Notes under the pieces: generated by a model
Seen by the model: the letters and a program-made list of their open reading frames with translations, nothing else
Databases searched by the model: none
What the model was told of the DNA's origin: nothing
Made by a program: the position numbers and the translations under genes
Source: an uncultured Acidobacteriaceae bacterium
Lineage (GTDB): Bacteria; Acidobacteriota; Terriglobia; Terriglobales; Acidobacteriaceae
DNA: 64,000 nt
Direction: 5' to 3'
Assembly (NCBI GenBank): GCA_963746595.1
Contig: CAVVBS010000014.1
Location: 356,645 to 420,644 of the forward strand
Part shown: positions 27,456 through 37,816 of the stretch, piece by piece
Position numbering within the stretch: position 1 is the first letter of the stretch
Layout of the letters: the number at the start of each line of letters is the position of its first letter

Positions 27456-28244
27456 ATGGAGGGGATGCAATTGAGCACGGATCTTGCGGGAAAGAGCGGT
27501 GGTCAGGGCAAGGTAGCGATTATTACCGGAGCCGGCAGCGGTATAGGCCGGGCGGTCGCGCTGGAGATGGTTTCTGCCGGATTTTCGCTGGTGCTGGCTG
27601 GGCGCCGCGTCGCGGAGCTGGAAAAAACAGCAGCCATGGCGGGCGGCGGTCGGATGCACGTTATACCCACGGATGTGCGTCAACCCGATTCGGTGCGCGC
27701 CTTGTTCGCCGGCACGCGAGAAAAATTCGGCCGGCTGGATGTTCTGTTTAACAACGCGGGCGTGAACACCGGAACTCCCTTTGAAGATCTGAGTTACGAG
27801 CAATGGTGCGAGGTGGTGAACGTGAATCTTACCGGTTCCTTTCTCTGCGCCCAGGAAGCGTTCCGCATGATGAAGGCACAGCAGCCGCAAGGAGGGCGCA
27901 TCATCAATAACGGCTCGATTTCGGCGTATGTGCCGCGGCCGCACTCCGCGCCCTACTCATCCACCAAACATGCCATCACCGGGCTCACCAGATCCATCTC
28001 CCTCGATGGCCGGGCGTACAACATTGCCTGCGGTCAAATCGATATCGGCAATGCAGGCAAGGAAATGAGCGGAGAGCCGGGATCTGCCTCACTGCAACCG
28101 AACGGACAGATGGTGGTAGAACCAAGACTGGATGCAAAACACATTGGGGAAGCCGTCGTGTACATGGCCAGCCTGCCGTTGGACGCGAATGTTCAGTTCA
28201 TGACCGTGATGGCGACGACTATGCCTTATATCGGGCGCGGTTAA
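27456..28244 (+). CDS. SDR-family oxidoreductase
   Basis: [10 protein letters not shown] cofactor motif and YSSTKHA catalytic motif. Confidence 0.9.
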   Translation: MEGMQLSTDLAGKSGGQGKVAIITGAGSGIGRAVALEMVSAGFSLVLAGRRVAELEKTAAMAGGGRMHVIPTDVRQPDSVRALFAGTREKFGRLDVLFNNAGVNTGTPFEDLSYEQWCEVVNVNLTGSFLCAQEAFRMMKAQQPQGGRIINNGSISAYVPRPHSAPYSSTKHAITGLTRSISLDGRAYNIACGQIDIGNAGKEMSGEPGSASLQPNGQMVVEPRLDAKHIGEAVVYMASLPLDANVQFMTVMATTMPYIGRG

Positions 28245-28257
28245 TTGGCAAAGAAGA

Positions 28258-28408
28258 GAAACAGCAGGTCCCTCCACTACGCTACGCTCCGGTCGGGATG
28301 ACAAATTTGTTTGCGTGTTGGCATCCCACCGTCAACAAATTTGTCATCCCGACCGGAGCGACCTGTCCCGGCGTGCCGTGGAAGCGTAGTGGAGGGACCT
28401 GCTGTTTC
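28258..28408. repeat. head-to-head pair of REP-type elements forming a roughly 150-nt hairpin
   Basis: Perfect 26-bp outer arms (28258-28283 / 28383-28408) and perfect 22-bp inner arms (28289-28310 / 28335-28356), with a 24-nt loop and an asymmetric internal bulge (5 nt on the left arm, 26 nt on the right). Confidence 0.8.
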
Positions 28409-28442
28409 CCTTCCTTGCCCCGGAAATTCTGTGAGGAAAGCG

Positions 28443-29948
28443 ATGCTCCGTGGCCGTTTGAAGCTTGGTCTGCTCCCTTTTCTACTCTTGAGCCTGCTGC
28501 AGTGCGCGCACCCTCAAGAGACTGCCAGGATAGCCGGACCGCTGGTAGTCTCCAACAACCCTCACTACTTCAAAGACGCCAATGGCAGGGCTCTCATCCT
28601 GGCCGGGTCACAGACCTGGAACACATTGCAGGATTGGGGCAGCGGTGGGTCTGTTCAGGCTCTGGATTTCCCTGCCTTCGTCAAGTTCCTCACCGCGCAC
28701 GGACAGAACTTCACCCTGCTGTGGCGGGTGGAAATGCCGAAATTCTGCTCCCTACCCTCCACCAGCAGCGCGCCACCGGAGTTTACAGTGAGCCCGCAAC
28801 CGTGGCAGAGGACAGGGCCTGGCAATGCAACCGACGGCGGCTTGAAATTCGACCTTACCAAGTTCGACCAGGGTTACTTCGATCGCCTGCGGGCCAGGAC
28901 GCAAGCTCTGAACGACGCCGGCATCTATGCCGGTATCTACCTCTTTACCGGGGAGTTCATCAACCTCTTCCGTTGCACCAGCGATGGCTATCCTTTTACC
29001 GGCGCCAACAACATCAATGGCATCGACGACGGCTACACCAGCGGTCCCAAAGGCATGGCGTCCATGACCATGACGGCGCCCAACGACATTACCCGCTATC
29101 AGGACGCCTTTGTGGAGAAAGTGATCGACACCCTGAACGATTTGCCGAATGTGCTGTGGATCGTTTCCGAAGAAGCTCCGAGCAACACGGACTGGTTTAA
29201 CTACTATCAGATCGCGCACATTCGGAAATATGAGGCTCAAAAGCCGCACCAACATCCGATCGGGCTAGCAGGGCTTTTGCCCGCGAATGCAGCCACCGAC
29301 GCGATTCTCTACAACTCCAATGCAGACTGGGTGGCGCCCAATAGCACCATTTCCCCAACCACCTCCTGCGGGAGCGGCACTCCGGCGTGCAAGGTAAACG
29401 TCAACGACAGCGATCATTCCTACTTCGGCGCAGCGTGGAAGGACACCCCGCAACAAAATCGCAACTATGTATGGAAGAACTTCGCCAACGGCAGCCAAGT
29501 GCTGTTCATGGATCCTTACCTGCTCTACTACCCGCGCGAGAACAGGAACCTGTGTGCCGGGCCCACCAGGGGCATCTGCGACGCTCCCGACAAGCGCTAT
29601 GACAACTTCAGAGATAATCTCGGGTACACGGTGAAATATTCCCGCAAGTTGAACCTGGTGAACGTGACCCCACATCCAGCTCTCACTTCGACAGGCTATT
29701 GTTTAGCGCAAACCCCACCAGCCGGCGCGGAATACCTGGTGTACGCTCCTTCCGGCGGATCGTTTACCGTAGATCTATCGGCCATGCCGCGGTCGAGAAG
29801 CTTGAAGGTGGAGTGGTTCAACCCGGCGAACGGCGCGACGATCGTCAAAGCTCCGATTCACTCCGGCTCCTCCGCCCAGCCATTCACCGCACCGTTCAGC
29901 GGCGATGCGGTGCTCTACCTGGTGGATACGGCCGGACATGCACGCTAA
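28443..29948 (+). CDS. secreted glycoside-hydrolase-like protein (DUF4038/GH5-like catalytic domain plus C-terminal putative collagen-binding-type domain)
   Basis: Signal peptide from the ATG at 28443. The C-terminal KVEWFNPANG...FTAPFSGDAVLYLVD pattern is typical of PF12904-type tails. The 44 codons upstream in the ORF track lie inside the REP hairpin. Confidence 0.65.
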   Translation: MLRGRLKLGLLPFLLLSLLQCAHPQETARIAGPLVVSNNPHYFKDANGRALILAGSQTWNTLQDWGSGGSVQALDFPAFVKFLTAHGQNFTLLWRVEMPKFCSLPSTSSAPPEFTVSPQPWQRTGPGNATDGGLKFDLTKFDQGYFDRLRARTQALNDAGIYAGIYLFTGEFINLFRCTSDGYPFTGANNINGIDDGYTSGPKGMASMTMTAPNDITRYQDAFVEKVIDTLNDLPNVLWIVSEEAPSNTDWFNYYQIAHIRKYEAQKPHQHPIGLAGLLPANAATDAILYNSNADWVAPNSTISPTTSCGSGTPACKVNVNDSDHSYFGAAWKDTPQQNRNYVWKNFANGSQVLFMDPYLLYYPRENRNLCAGPTRGICDAPDKRYDNFRDNLGYTVKYSRKLNLVNVTPHPALTSTGYCLAQTPPAGAEYLVYAPSGGSFTVDLSAMPRSRSLKVEWFNPANGATIVKAPIHSGSSAQPFTAPFSGDAVLYLVDTAGHAR

Positions 29949-29966
29949 GATAAGCCCAGATTTCCT

Positions 29967-31124
29967 GTGTACCTTGTTGGCTTCGAAGCACTCATGCGGT
30001 CGTATCCAGTGCGGCGTACAGGAAATCTGAGACGCCTTCCATCCCCACCAGAAAGCAGGGCAATTCCTTTGTTGAAATCGCATATAAAAACACCGGCTCT
30101 CGTAGTTGACCTGGACGCAATGGAAGCCAACATCAAAAAGATGGCGGCCTTTTTTGCCCAAGGCACAAGCCGGTTGCGTCCCCACTACAAGAACCACAAG
30201 TGCGTGGCCCTTGCCCGGCGGCAATTGGCGGCCGGCGCCATCGGAATCACCTGCGCCACGCTGGGCGAAGCGGAGGCACTGGCCAGGAACGGGATCGGGG
30301 GCATCCTGCTGGCCAACGAGATCGCGGGCGCAACCGCGATCGAACGCCTGGTGCAGATCGCGCGCGTTACGGACATCATGGTGGGCGTCGACAATGAGCG
30401 GACCGTCGCGGCGCTCTCCGCGGCGTCGGCTCGCGCCAAGGTGCCGCTCAGCGTGGTCGTTGATGTCAACACGGGGATGGGCCGTTGTGGAGTCCTGCCA
30501 GGAGAGCCGGTGCTCGCTCTGGCCCAGCTTGCAGTGGCGCAGGGTCTGCGCTTGCGCGGGGTGATCGGCTATGAAGGGCATTGCGTTCGCCTGGCGCCGG
30601 GGCCGGACAAGGTCAAGGCTGTACACGAGGCGATGGGGAAGCTGGTCGATTCAGCGAATCTCGTCCGCGCCAACGGTCTCGCGATGGAAATTGTCAGCGC
30701 CGGGGGAACCGGAACTTATTCCATCTCCGGCAGGTTTCCGGGGGTCACTGAGATCCAGGGAGGATCGTACCTGCTGATGGATACCGACTACCAAACCGTA
30801 TGCCCGGAGTTCGACCCGGCGATCAGCGTGCTGGGAACCGTCATCAGCAGGAGCGGCAACGAGCGGCTGATTCTCGACATCGGTCTGAAGGAGATCAGCG
30901 GCGAACGCGGGCTTCCCGTGTTGAAGAATGCCGACGGTGCGCGTCTGCGCAGGCTCAACGCCGAGCATGCCATCGTCGATATTGTCGATCCCAATTTTCC
31001 CGCGCAGGTAGGCGACCAGTTGGAGATTTGGGTCCACTACAGCGATGCCACCGTCAATCTCCATCGCCATATGTACGGTCTGCGCGATGGACACGTGGAG
31101 GAGACATTTCTCTTCGAGAGTTGA
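29967..31124 (+). CDS. DSD1-family PLP-dependent enzyme (D-serine dehydratase / D-threonine aldolase-like, alanine racemase N-terminal fold)
   Basis: TPALVVDLDAMEANIKKM...LRPHYKNHKC...GITCATLGEAE. The start may be 29994. Confidence 0.75.
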   Translation: MYLVGFEALMRSYPVRRTGNLRRLPSPPESRAIPLLKSHIKTPALVVDLDAMEANIKKMAAFFAQGTSRLRPHYKNHKCVALARRQLAAGAIGITCATLGEAEALARNGIGGILLANEIAGATAIERLVQIARVTDIMVGVDNERTVAALSAASARAKVPLSVVVDVNTGMGRCGVLPGEPVLALAQLAVAQGLRLRGVIGYEGHCVRLAPGPDKVKAVHEAMGKLVDSANLVRANGLAMEIVSAGGTGTYSISGRFPGVTEIQGGSYLLMDTDYQTVCPEFDPAISVLGTVISRSGNERLILDIGLKEISGERGLPVLKNADGARLRRLNAEHAIVDIVDPNFPAQVGDQLEIWVHYSDATVNLHRHMYGLRDGHVEETFLFES

Positions 31125-31131
31125 ACACCTG

Positions 31132-31968
31132 ATGAATGCTTTGCCCGATTTCCTTGAAGATGCAATCGATCTGCACGTGCACAGTGCGCCGGACGTGGAC
31201 GTGCGGCGATTCAACGATCTGGATCTGGCCCGCGAAGCGGAGCGCGCCGGCATGGGCGCCATCCTTATCAAGTCTCATCAAAATTCCACGGTGGAGCGCG
31301 CCTGGCTGGTGTCGAAAGTAGTCACCGGCATCCAGGTCTTCGGCGGCCTGGTTCTGAACGAGACGGTGGGTGGGCTGAACGTTGCCGCCGTAAAGCTCGC
31401 GCTGGCCATGGGCGCGAAGGAAATCTGGATGCCCACCCGGTCCGCGTTGAATCACCGTTCGTATCACGGTGAGTCCGGCGGCATTACCGTTCTCGATGCC
31501 GGCGGCGGCCTTGTTCCAGCAGCACAAGCCATCCTTGAAGCCGTAGCGCAGACCGATTGCATCCTGAGCACGGGGCACTTGAGTCCCCGTGAGGCGGTCG
31601 TCCTGATCGACCAGGCGCGTCAATGTGGGGTGCGAAAGGTGCTGGTGACCCATCCGGAGTGGGCGCCAACCTTCTATCCTTTTGAACAGCAAAAAGAGCT
31701 GGCGGCGCTGGGCAACGTGTGGTTCGAGCGGTGCTTTGTTTCTACCACCCATCTTTGCGGATGCGTGCCCTTCCCAGTGATAGAACAAGCGATTATCGAA
31801 GCCGGCGTGGAGACAACCATACTATCGACCGACCTCGGCCAACCGCAGACACCTCCGCCGGCGGAAGGTTTTCGGCTTTACGCGGAGCGGTTGCGCAGTT
31901 CGGGCTTTTCCGTCGATCACATCCGCCAGATGATGTGCGACCAACCCAGCCCACCTGCTGTCCACTAA
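31132..31968 (+). CDS. metal-dependent hydrolase-like protein of unknown function (DUF6282-like)
   Basis: 278 aa with N-terminal AIDLHVHSAPD motif. An 8-nt gap follows the DSD1 gene. Confidence 0.6.
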   Translation: MNALPDFLEDAIDLHVHSAPDVDVRRFNDLDLAREAERAGMGAILIKSHQNSTVERAWLVSKVVTGIQVFGGLVLNETVGGLNVAAVKLALAMGAKEIWMPTRSALNHRSYHGESGGITVLDAGGGLVPAAQAILEAVAQTDCILSTGHLSPREAVVLIDQARQCGVRKVLVTHPEWAPTFYPFEQQKELAALGNVWFERCFVSTTHLCGCVPFPVIEQAIIEAGVETTILSTDLGQPQTPPPAEGFRLYAERLRSSGFSVDHIRQMMCDQPSPPAVH

Positions 31969-31971
31969 GGA

Positions 31972-32981
31972 GTGACCTTGAAGGTATTCAAGGGTGGCCT
32001 GATCGGATGCGGCTTCTTCTCCCGGCATCACCAGGCAGCTTGGTCCCGTATACCCAATGTCGAGATCGTAGCCGCCTGCGATCTATCGATCGAAAGGGCT
32101 CGGGCCGCGGCGCCGCGAGCTTATACCTCCGCGGAAGAGATGCTGAAGGTGGAAGAGCTGGACTTCGTCGATATTGCCACTCGTTCGAAGACGCATTTGG
32201 AGCTCATTTCCATGGCGAGCGGAGCGAGGGCTGGCGATTATTTGCCAAAAGCCCATGGCGCCCGACTGGGAAACCGCTCGCCGCATGGTGGAGATCGCTG
32301 AGAGCCGTGGCGTCCGAGTCATGATTCATGACAACTGGCGCTGGCAGTCCTGGTATCGCGAGGCCGGCGCAATGATCGCCCGCGGCGATATTGGGACTCC
32401 GCTAGCCTATGGATTCCGCACCAGGGTTAGCCATGGCGCGGGCGATGAGCCCTATCCCAAACAGGCCTATTTTCGTCAACTCCAGCGCTTCATGATCGAC
32501 GAGGTGCTAGTGCACCACATCGACACCGCACGTTTCCTTTTCGGAGACATTGCCTCCATCTATGCCGCGGGTGCGCGACGAAACCCACACATCCTGGCCG
32601 AGGACCACGTGATCCTGACGCTGCGCCACTCCAAGGGCGCGATGGGATGGGTTGAAAGCCACAGCTTTCTGAAACACAATGACAGCACGTCGACGATGGA
32701 CGAGGCTACCTTCGAGGGAGACGCAGGGATCGATCCGCATCAACGGGCTGGGCGAAATCTGGTCCGGAGACGAGCGAGTTTGGCGGGATTCAGGAGTCGG
32801 ATACCGTGGAGACAGCGTTTACGCAACGCAGGCCCACTTCATCGACTGCCTGGAAAGCGGGCGCCCGTTTGAAACCGAAGCCCGCGACTACCTGGAGAAG
32901 ACCTTTGCAGCAGTCGAAGCAGCCTACTCGAGTATGGCTTGCCATCGCGCAGTTGAAATTGTCGAAATCCTCCAGCGTTGA
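31972..32981 (+). pseudogene. Gfo/Idh/MocA-family oxidoreductase with two frameshifts
   Basis: The Rossmann N-terminus GLIGCGFFSRHH is in frame 1, AERGLAIICQKPMAP in frame 2 (break about 32218), and SIRINGLGEIW...HFIDCLESGRPFET in frame 3 (break about 32729). Confidence 0.75.
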
Positions 32982-33165
32982 ATCCTCCTGCCTCGTATTC
33001 CGCATCTTCGCTGTCGGCAAACATAGCCAGAGAGAAAGTGGTGCAGCCATCCATTTCGGGTCACAATGACTCCATGACCTTTTGTTTCCATCGCTTTGGC
33101 GGCAAGAGTGAATGGTTAACGTTATCAACTTGCGACGGCTTGCTGCCAGGAGACATCTCTATTTC

Positions 33166-34419
33166 ATGTCTCTTGCCGTTAGCCCCGCACTCCATGAGCC
33201 GATGACCTCCGCACCGGCAGTCCTGTCCGGACGAGGACTAAGACCTTATAGCCAGGTGTTCGCACCATTTCTGTGCGGCATGTTCGCGTTTATCGATCTG
33301 TACTGCACCCAGCCACTTCTGCCGTTGCTGGCTACTGTTTTCCACGCGTCGGAAGCCAACGTCAGCCTGACCATCAGCGCCTCGACGCTCGGTGTCGCCC
33401 TGTCGGCGGCGCTAATGGCCATATTTGCCGAAAGAGTCGACCGCAAACGGATGATCGTGGGCTCCATGACGGTGCTAGCGCTCTGCACGCTGCTGACCGC
33501 AACGGCGACCAGTCTCCCTATGCTCGCGGTGTGGAGGTTTCTGCAGGGCCTGGTAACTCCGGGGATCTTCATCATCACCATCGCCTACATCACCGAGGAG
33601 TGGCCCGCATTGCTGGTACCCCGGGTGATGAGCTTTTATGTGGCCGGCACAGTCTTTGGAGGATTTTTGGGCCGCATCCTGGGCGGCGTGATTGCCTCTG
33701 GTTACGGCTGGCATACGGTGTTTGTGGTGCTCGGCCTTATGGGGCTGGGCGGCGCCGGACTGACACGGTGGCTATTGCGACCGGCGCAGACCACGCGTGC
33801 ACTGGTCCAACCTGCATCGAAGCTGGCGCCCCTGCTGAACAACCTGCGCAATCCTCGTCTGCTTTCCACCTTCGCGATCGGCTTCTGTATGCTCTTTGCG
33901 CTGGTAGCGACATTCAGCTATATAACTTTTTACCTTGCGGCTGCCCCCTTTCACCTCTCGACAAAACAGCTAAGCTACCTCTTCACGGTCTATCTTTGTG
34001 GACTGATCACCACGCTGGTTGCCGGGACGTTACTGGCACGCGTAGGGCTGCGCCACGGAATGATAACGGCCATAGCCTTCTGCATGGCTGGTGTCTGCCT
34101 GACGTTAATCCCTTCTTTGTGGATCGTGGCTTTGGGGCTGGCGATTGCCGGCTCAGGTGTTTTCGTAGCGCAGACCTGCGCCAATAGCTTCCTGCGGGAT
34201 GCCGCCCCGGCCGGCAGCCGCGTCTCGGCCGCGGGAATGTACATCTGCTGCTACTACATCGGCGGTACGGTGGGCGGTATCGTTCCGGGCTTGCTGTGGA
34301 AGCACGGCGGTTGGCCCGGCTGTGTCGCGCTGGTCTTAGGGATCCTAGGCATTGCCGGCATGGCCGCCATTTTTGGTTGGCGCATACGGCCTTCTGTACC
34401 CGACCCCATCCCGCTTTAG
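33166..34419 (+). CDS. MFS transporter
   Basis: 12-TM pattern with FAERVDRKRMIV loop motif. The ORF is open from 33112 and the start is uncertain (33166 or 33202). Confidence 0.8.
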   Translation: MSLAVSPALHEPMTSAPAVLSGRGLRPYSQVFAPFLCGMFAFIDLYCTQPLLPLLATVFHASEANVSLTISASTLGVALSAALMAIFAERVDRKRMIVGSMTVLALCTLLTATATSLPMLAVWRFLQGLVTPGIFIITIAYITEEWPALLVPRVMSFYVAGTVFGGFLGRILGGVIASGYGWHTVFVVLGLMGLGGAGLTRWLLRPAQTTRALVQPASKLAPLLNNLRNPRLLSTFAIGFCMLFALVATFSYITFYLAAAPFHLSTKQLSYLFTVYLCGLITTLVAGTLLARVGLRHGMITAIAFCMAGVCLTLIPSLWIVALGLAIAGSGVFVAQTCANSFLRDAAPAGSRVSAAGMYICCYYIGGTVGGIVPGLLWKHGGWPGCVALVLGILGIAGMAAIFGWRIRPSVPDPIPL

Positions 34420-34432
34420 TGGGCCGGAAGGG

Positions 34433-35524
34433 TTAGCGCGTGGGTTTTAAGATCAGCTTCTGCACCCGCCAATTCAGCAGCTCGGCCACGTAGAGCTCAT
34501 TTTCAGACGGGCAGGCAATCTCGTGAATCCATCCGAATTGCTTGAGCTGCTTTCCCGACTCGCCCAGGTAGCCAAGCACCTTCCCGTCCAGACTCAGCTT
34601 GTAGATCCGGCCTGGATAGGCATCCGAACTGAACAGTACCTGGTGGGGGCCGGGCGTGATGCAGAGAGCCCAGGGGGATCCGGCTTTCATGGTGCCGTTG
34701 GCGGAGGTTGCCTGGCTCGGTGTGGGCCCAATTGCAGGGCGAGCGTTGGGATCAAAAGGAACGTCAATGGTGATCTGGCGAAGGAACTTGCCGTCAGTGT
34801 CAAAGACCTGTATCCGGCGGTTGCCGCGATCCGCCACATAGATATTTCCTGTGGCATCGACCGCGATGCTATGAGGCACACTGAATTGACCGGGTTTGTC
34901 CCCGGGCTCGCCCCACGACTTCAGCCAGTTGCCGTCCTTATCCACCTTGGCCACTCGCGAATTGATGTAGCCATCGCTGATGTAGGTGTTCCCAGCCGAA
35001 TCCCACGCCATGTCTGTCACCTGGCGAAACATTCCATCCACTGGAGGCAATGGCGGTTTGGGATGCTTGAGCGGTTCGGTGCCTTCGTCCGAGGCTTCCT
35101 GCTTGCGGCCGAAGACCATGACCACGCGGCCCTCGGGATCGAACTTGATGACCATGTCCGAGCCCTTGTCCGCCACCCAGATATTGTCTTCGGGATCGAC
35201 CTTGACCGAGTGGCCAAACGACCACGCGTACAGATGGTGGCCTATCTCGCGGATGAACTTGCCGTCGGAACCGAATTCGAGCAGTTGCGATGCAGCCGCC
35301 CCATAAGCAGGACCCGTCGTGTTGCCACGAGATAACGCAAAGACGTGTCCCCTGGAGTTGACGGCGACACCGGCCATCTCTCCCAGATACATGTCAGGAG
35401 GCAGCTTGAGAAAATTTGGAACCGAAGTGTAGTCGATCACGGGCACGGAAGCTTGCTGCGCGAAGACGGAAAGGTTAAGCAGCAAAAACGATAGCAGCCA
35501 CTTCAATTTTGACCTCCCTAGCAT
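34433..35524 (-). CDS. secreted NHL-repeat six-bladed beta-propeller protein (peptidyl-alpha-hydroxyglycine alpha-amidating lyase-like)
   Basis: Signal peptide and repeated blades such as GNIYVADRGNRRIQVF and ELYVAELLNWRVQK. Confidence 0.8.
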   Translation of the reverse strand: MLGRSKLKWLLSFLLLNLSVFAQQASVPVIDYTSVPNFLKLPPDMYLGEMAGVAVNSRGHVFALSRGNTTGPAYGAAASQLLEFGSDGKFIREIGHHLYAWSFGHSVKVDPEDNIWVADKGSDMVIKFDPEGRVVMVFGRKQEASDEGTEPLKHPKPPLPPVDGMFRQVTDMAWDSAGNTYISDGYINSRVAKVDKDGNWLKSWGEPGDKPGQFSVPHSIAVDATGNIYVADRGNRRIQVFDTDGKFLRQITIDVPFDPNARPAIGPTPSQATSANGTMKAGSPWALCITPGPHQVLFSSDAYPGRIYKLSLDGKVLGYLGESGKQLKQFGWIHEIACPSENELYVAELLNWRVQKLILKPTR

Positions 35525-35710
35525 GCCAACTCACTCTATTTGACCCCGGCCTGCATGTAAACCGCCCGAGCTTGCATGGGCCGGCTCCGTCCGGGTTTAG
35601 AGCATTTTCACTTCTACTCTGTATAGTCAGGTCCAGCGAAGTGGCTTCTTTGTATAGACCAGAAGTGAAAGTGCTGATCGATTTCAAATCCTCGCGGAAT
35701 AAGGAGCGTC

Positions 35711-36325
35711 ATGTCGCAAAACTATCAAAGTCAGGATGTATGGAGCCGGGCAACCTCGGTCAACGGTTATGCCTTCGACGAGCTCCGCTCTGTCCTGCAG
35801 AAGTCGATACGCCGCGGTTGGGTCGAGGAGGCGGTGCTCGCCGCCTATGAGTTTTTCTCGAGTGGCCCCGAAGCCGAGGAGGTGCTATGGCGCAGGCTGG
35901 AGATCATTGCCACCGAAGATGTTGGCTTTGGGCTGATGGAGGCTCCTGCCATCCTCGAGGCTCTCAACGCCCAGCGTCTGCGCATGGCCGATCGTGGCGA
36001 CCGCTGGATGTATTGCGTTCATGGAGTGCGCCTGCTCGCGACGGCAAAGAAAGACAACACGACGATGGAGCTCGCCACCTGGGCGCAATTTGTTGTCGCC
36101 CGGGGAGAGCGCCGGGTCGAAGTACAAGATTTCCAAGTGGACATGCATACCCGCCGGGGCGCGGCGATGGGTCGCGATGTCGTGCACTGGTGGACGCAAG
36201 GCGCAAAACTCGAGAACAGGCTCGACCCGGAGCAAACCAAGTGGGGCAAGTATCTGGACGATCTCTACATGGGAAGAAAGGCTCCGGGGCCGGAAGAGAA
36301 AGCTGATGAGCCGGCTCAACGGTAG
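35711..36325 (+). CDS. standalone MgsA/RarA C-terminal-domain-like protein
   Basis: YAFDELRSVLQKSIRRG...AVLAAYEF...RRLEIIATEDVGFG...LLATAKKDN parallels the MgsA_C pattern (SA..KS.RG..AA.Y...RRL...A.ED.G...YLA.APKSN). No AAA module is present. Confidence 0.55.
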   Translation: MSQNYQSQDVWSRATSVNGYAFDELRSVLQKSIRRGWVEEAVLAAYEFFSSGPEAEEVLWRRLEIIATEDVGFGLMEAPAILEALNAQRLRMADRGDRWMYCVHGVRLLATAKKDNTTMELATWAQFVVARGERRVEVQDFQVDMHTRRGAAMGRDVVHWWTQGAKLENRLDPEQTKWGKYLDDLYMGRKAPGPEEKADEPAQR

Positions 36326-37068
36326 CGCTCGCGCACCCGCGTCTCCACTGCGCCGGCAGCGTTGTAAAGCGCTACCGAGAGCGTCATGGCTACCAGGCTG
36401 GCTCCCCAGGCGCGTTCGGTCTCGAAGGCCTGACTGCTGAGGGCGAACATATTGCCCAGCCCGCCTGTCTGCATCAGGTATTCCGAGATCATGGTCACCA
36501 TGACGCTGTAGGCCGCTCCAATGCGAAGCGCCACTGCCATGCCAGGCACAGCGGCGGGCAGAGCTAGCCACACCAGCCGCTGGCCTCGCGTTGCCGCCAG
36601 CACCGCGAAGAACTCGCTCGAGCCAGGCGGCAATGTTCGTAACCCCTTGCTGGCAAAAACAAAACCCGGGAAAAAAGTCATGATGGCCACGGTGACAAAT
36701 TCGGTCCGGCTCTGGTAGCCAAAGATGCGCGCCAACAGCGGTATCAGGCAAACCACGGGCGTCGAGCTGAGCAGCAGCGCAGCAGGACTGATCGTAGCTG
36801 AGAGGATCTGCGATCTCCACCCGGCTATCGCCAGCAGCAGCCCCAGGATTAACCCCGCGGCAAGTCCGCTGAGCGCGAAGCCGAGCGTCCACAAAGCTGG
36901 CAGCAGATAGATCACTGGATGCAGCACGATATCGCGCACCACGGCAATAGGCGAGACAGCCACGATGCTGTTGTAGTGGGCGGACATGACCCACACCTGC
37001 CAGGCAGCAAAGATCAGCAATAGTCCCCAACTCTGGGCCCAGCACTGTGTAAAGACACGGCGCATCAT
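36316..37068 (-). CDS. ABC transporter permease (NitT/TauT-type, BPD_transp_1)
   Basis: 250 aa with 6 TM segments. Last gene of the operon, overlapping the upstream permease by 4 nt. Confidence 0.85.
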   Translation of the reverse strand: MMRRVFTQCWAQSWGLLLIFAAWQVWVMSAHYNSIVAVSPIAVVRDIVLHPVIYLLPALWTLGFALSGLAAGLILGLLLAIAGWRSQILSATISPAALLLSSTPVVCLIPLLARIFGYQSRTEFVTVAIMTFFPGFVFASKGLRTLPPGSSEFFAVLAATRGQRLVWLALPAAVPGMAVALRIGAAYSVMVTMISEYLMQTGGLGNMFALSSQAFETERAWGASLVAMTLSVALYNAAGAVETRVRERYR

Positions 37069-37815
37069 AGAAATCTACTCCCGACATAGCGTTCCGCGAA
37101 ATGCGCCGCTCCATAACCCGCGAGCGAGATCAATGCCACCAGCAACACCGCCGCCCACATCAGCGGTATCTCAAAGTTCTGCATGGTGTTCAAAATAACG
37201 ATGCCCAACCCCGTGGGTGCCCCAAACCACTCCCCAACGACGGCGCCGATCATCGCAGCCGTGACAGAAACCTTCACTGCCGCTGAGCAAGGAAGGCACG
37301 GCAGACGGAAGGTCGAGGTAGCGCAAGCGCTGCCACCTCCCTGCCCCAAAGGTCGTCATCATCGCGGTCAGGCCGGCGGAGGCGGCGCGCAGGCCGGAGG
37401 CCACCGCCACATAGATGAGAAAGAAGACAGAGATGGCGGCAAGCAAGGCCGGCGTCAGTTCCCGGCTCACCAGCAGGATGAAGATCGGTCCCAACACAAT
37501 CGCTGGAATCGCGTTGACGGTAACCGCCAGGCGATCCAATCCTGGCCGCAGCGGTGGAAGCACATACGAAACTATCGCGGTGACCGTTCCCAGCAGAGCG
37601 CCCACGGCAAAGCCCCCCGCCGCAGAGCTTAGGGTGGCAATCGCGGACCGGTAGAGCAGAGCCGCGAATCTGGGCTGAAGATAAACACGTATGACGCTGG
37701 CCGGTGTGGGAACGGTGAGCCCGGCGGCGCCCGAATGGGCCAATGCTTGCCAGGCGGCCAGCAGACCCAACTGGGCCAGGACAACATAGACGACCGTCTT
37801 TTTGCTCGCGCTCAC
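37065..37815 (-). pseudogene. ABC transporter permease (NitT/TauT-type), frameshifted near 37278
   Basis: ...LDLPSAVPSLLSG in one frame continues as VKVSVTAAMIGAVVGEWFGAPTGLG... in another (ORFs 37171-37815 and 37065-37349). Confidence 0.75.
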
Positions 37816-37816
37816 T

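Noticed and set aside
28311-28442. N-terminal 44-codon extension of the glycosidase ORF
   Set aside because: It lies entirely within the REP hairpin. The signal peptide starts at the ATG at 28443.
35885-37114. 409-aa ORF on the minus strand
   Set aside because: It overlaps two well-supported genes (the MgsA_C-like gene on plus and the ABC permease on minus) in a different frame. Composition is not protein-like.
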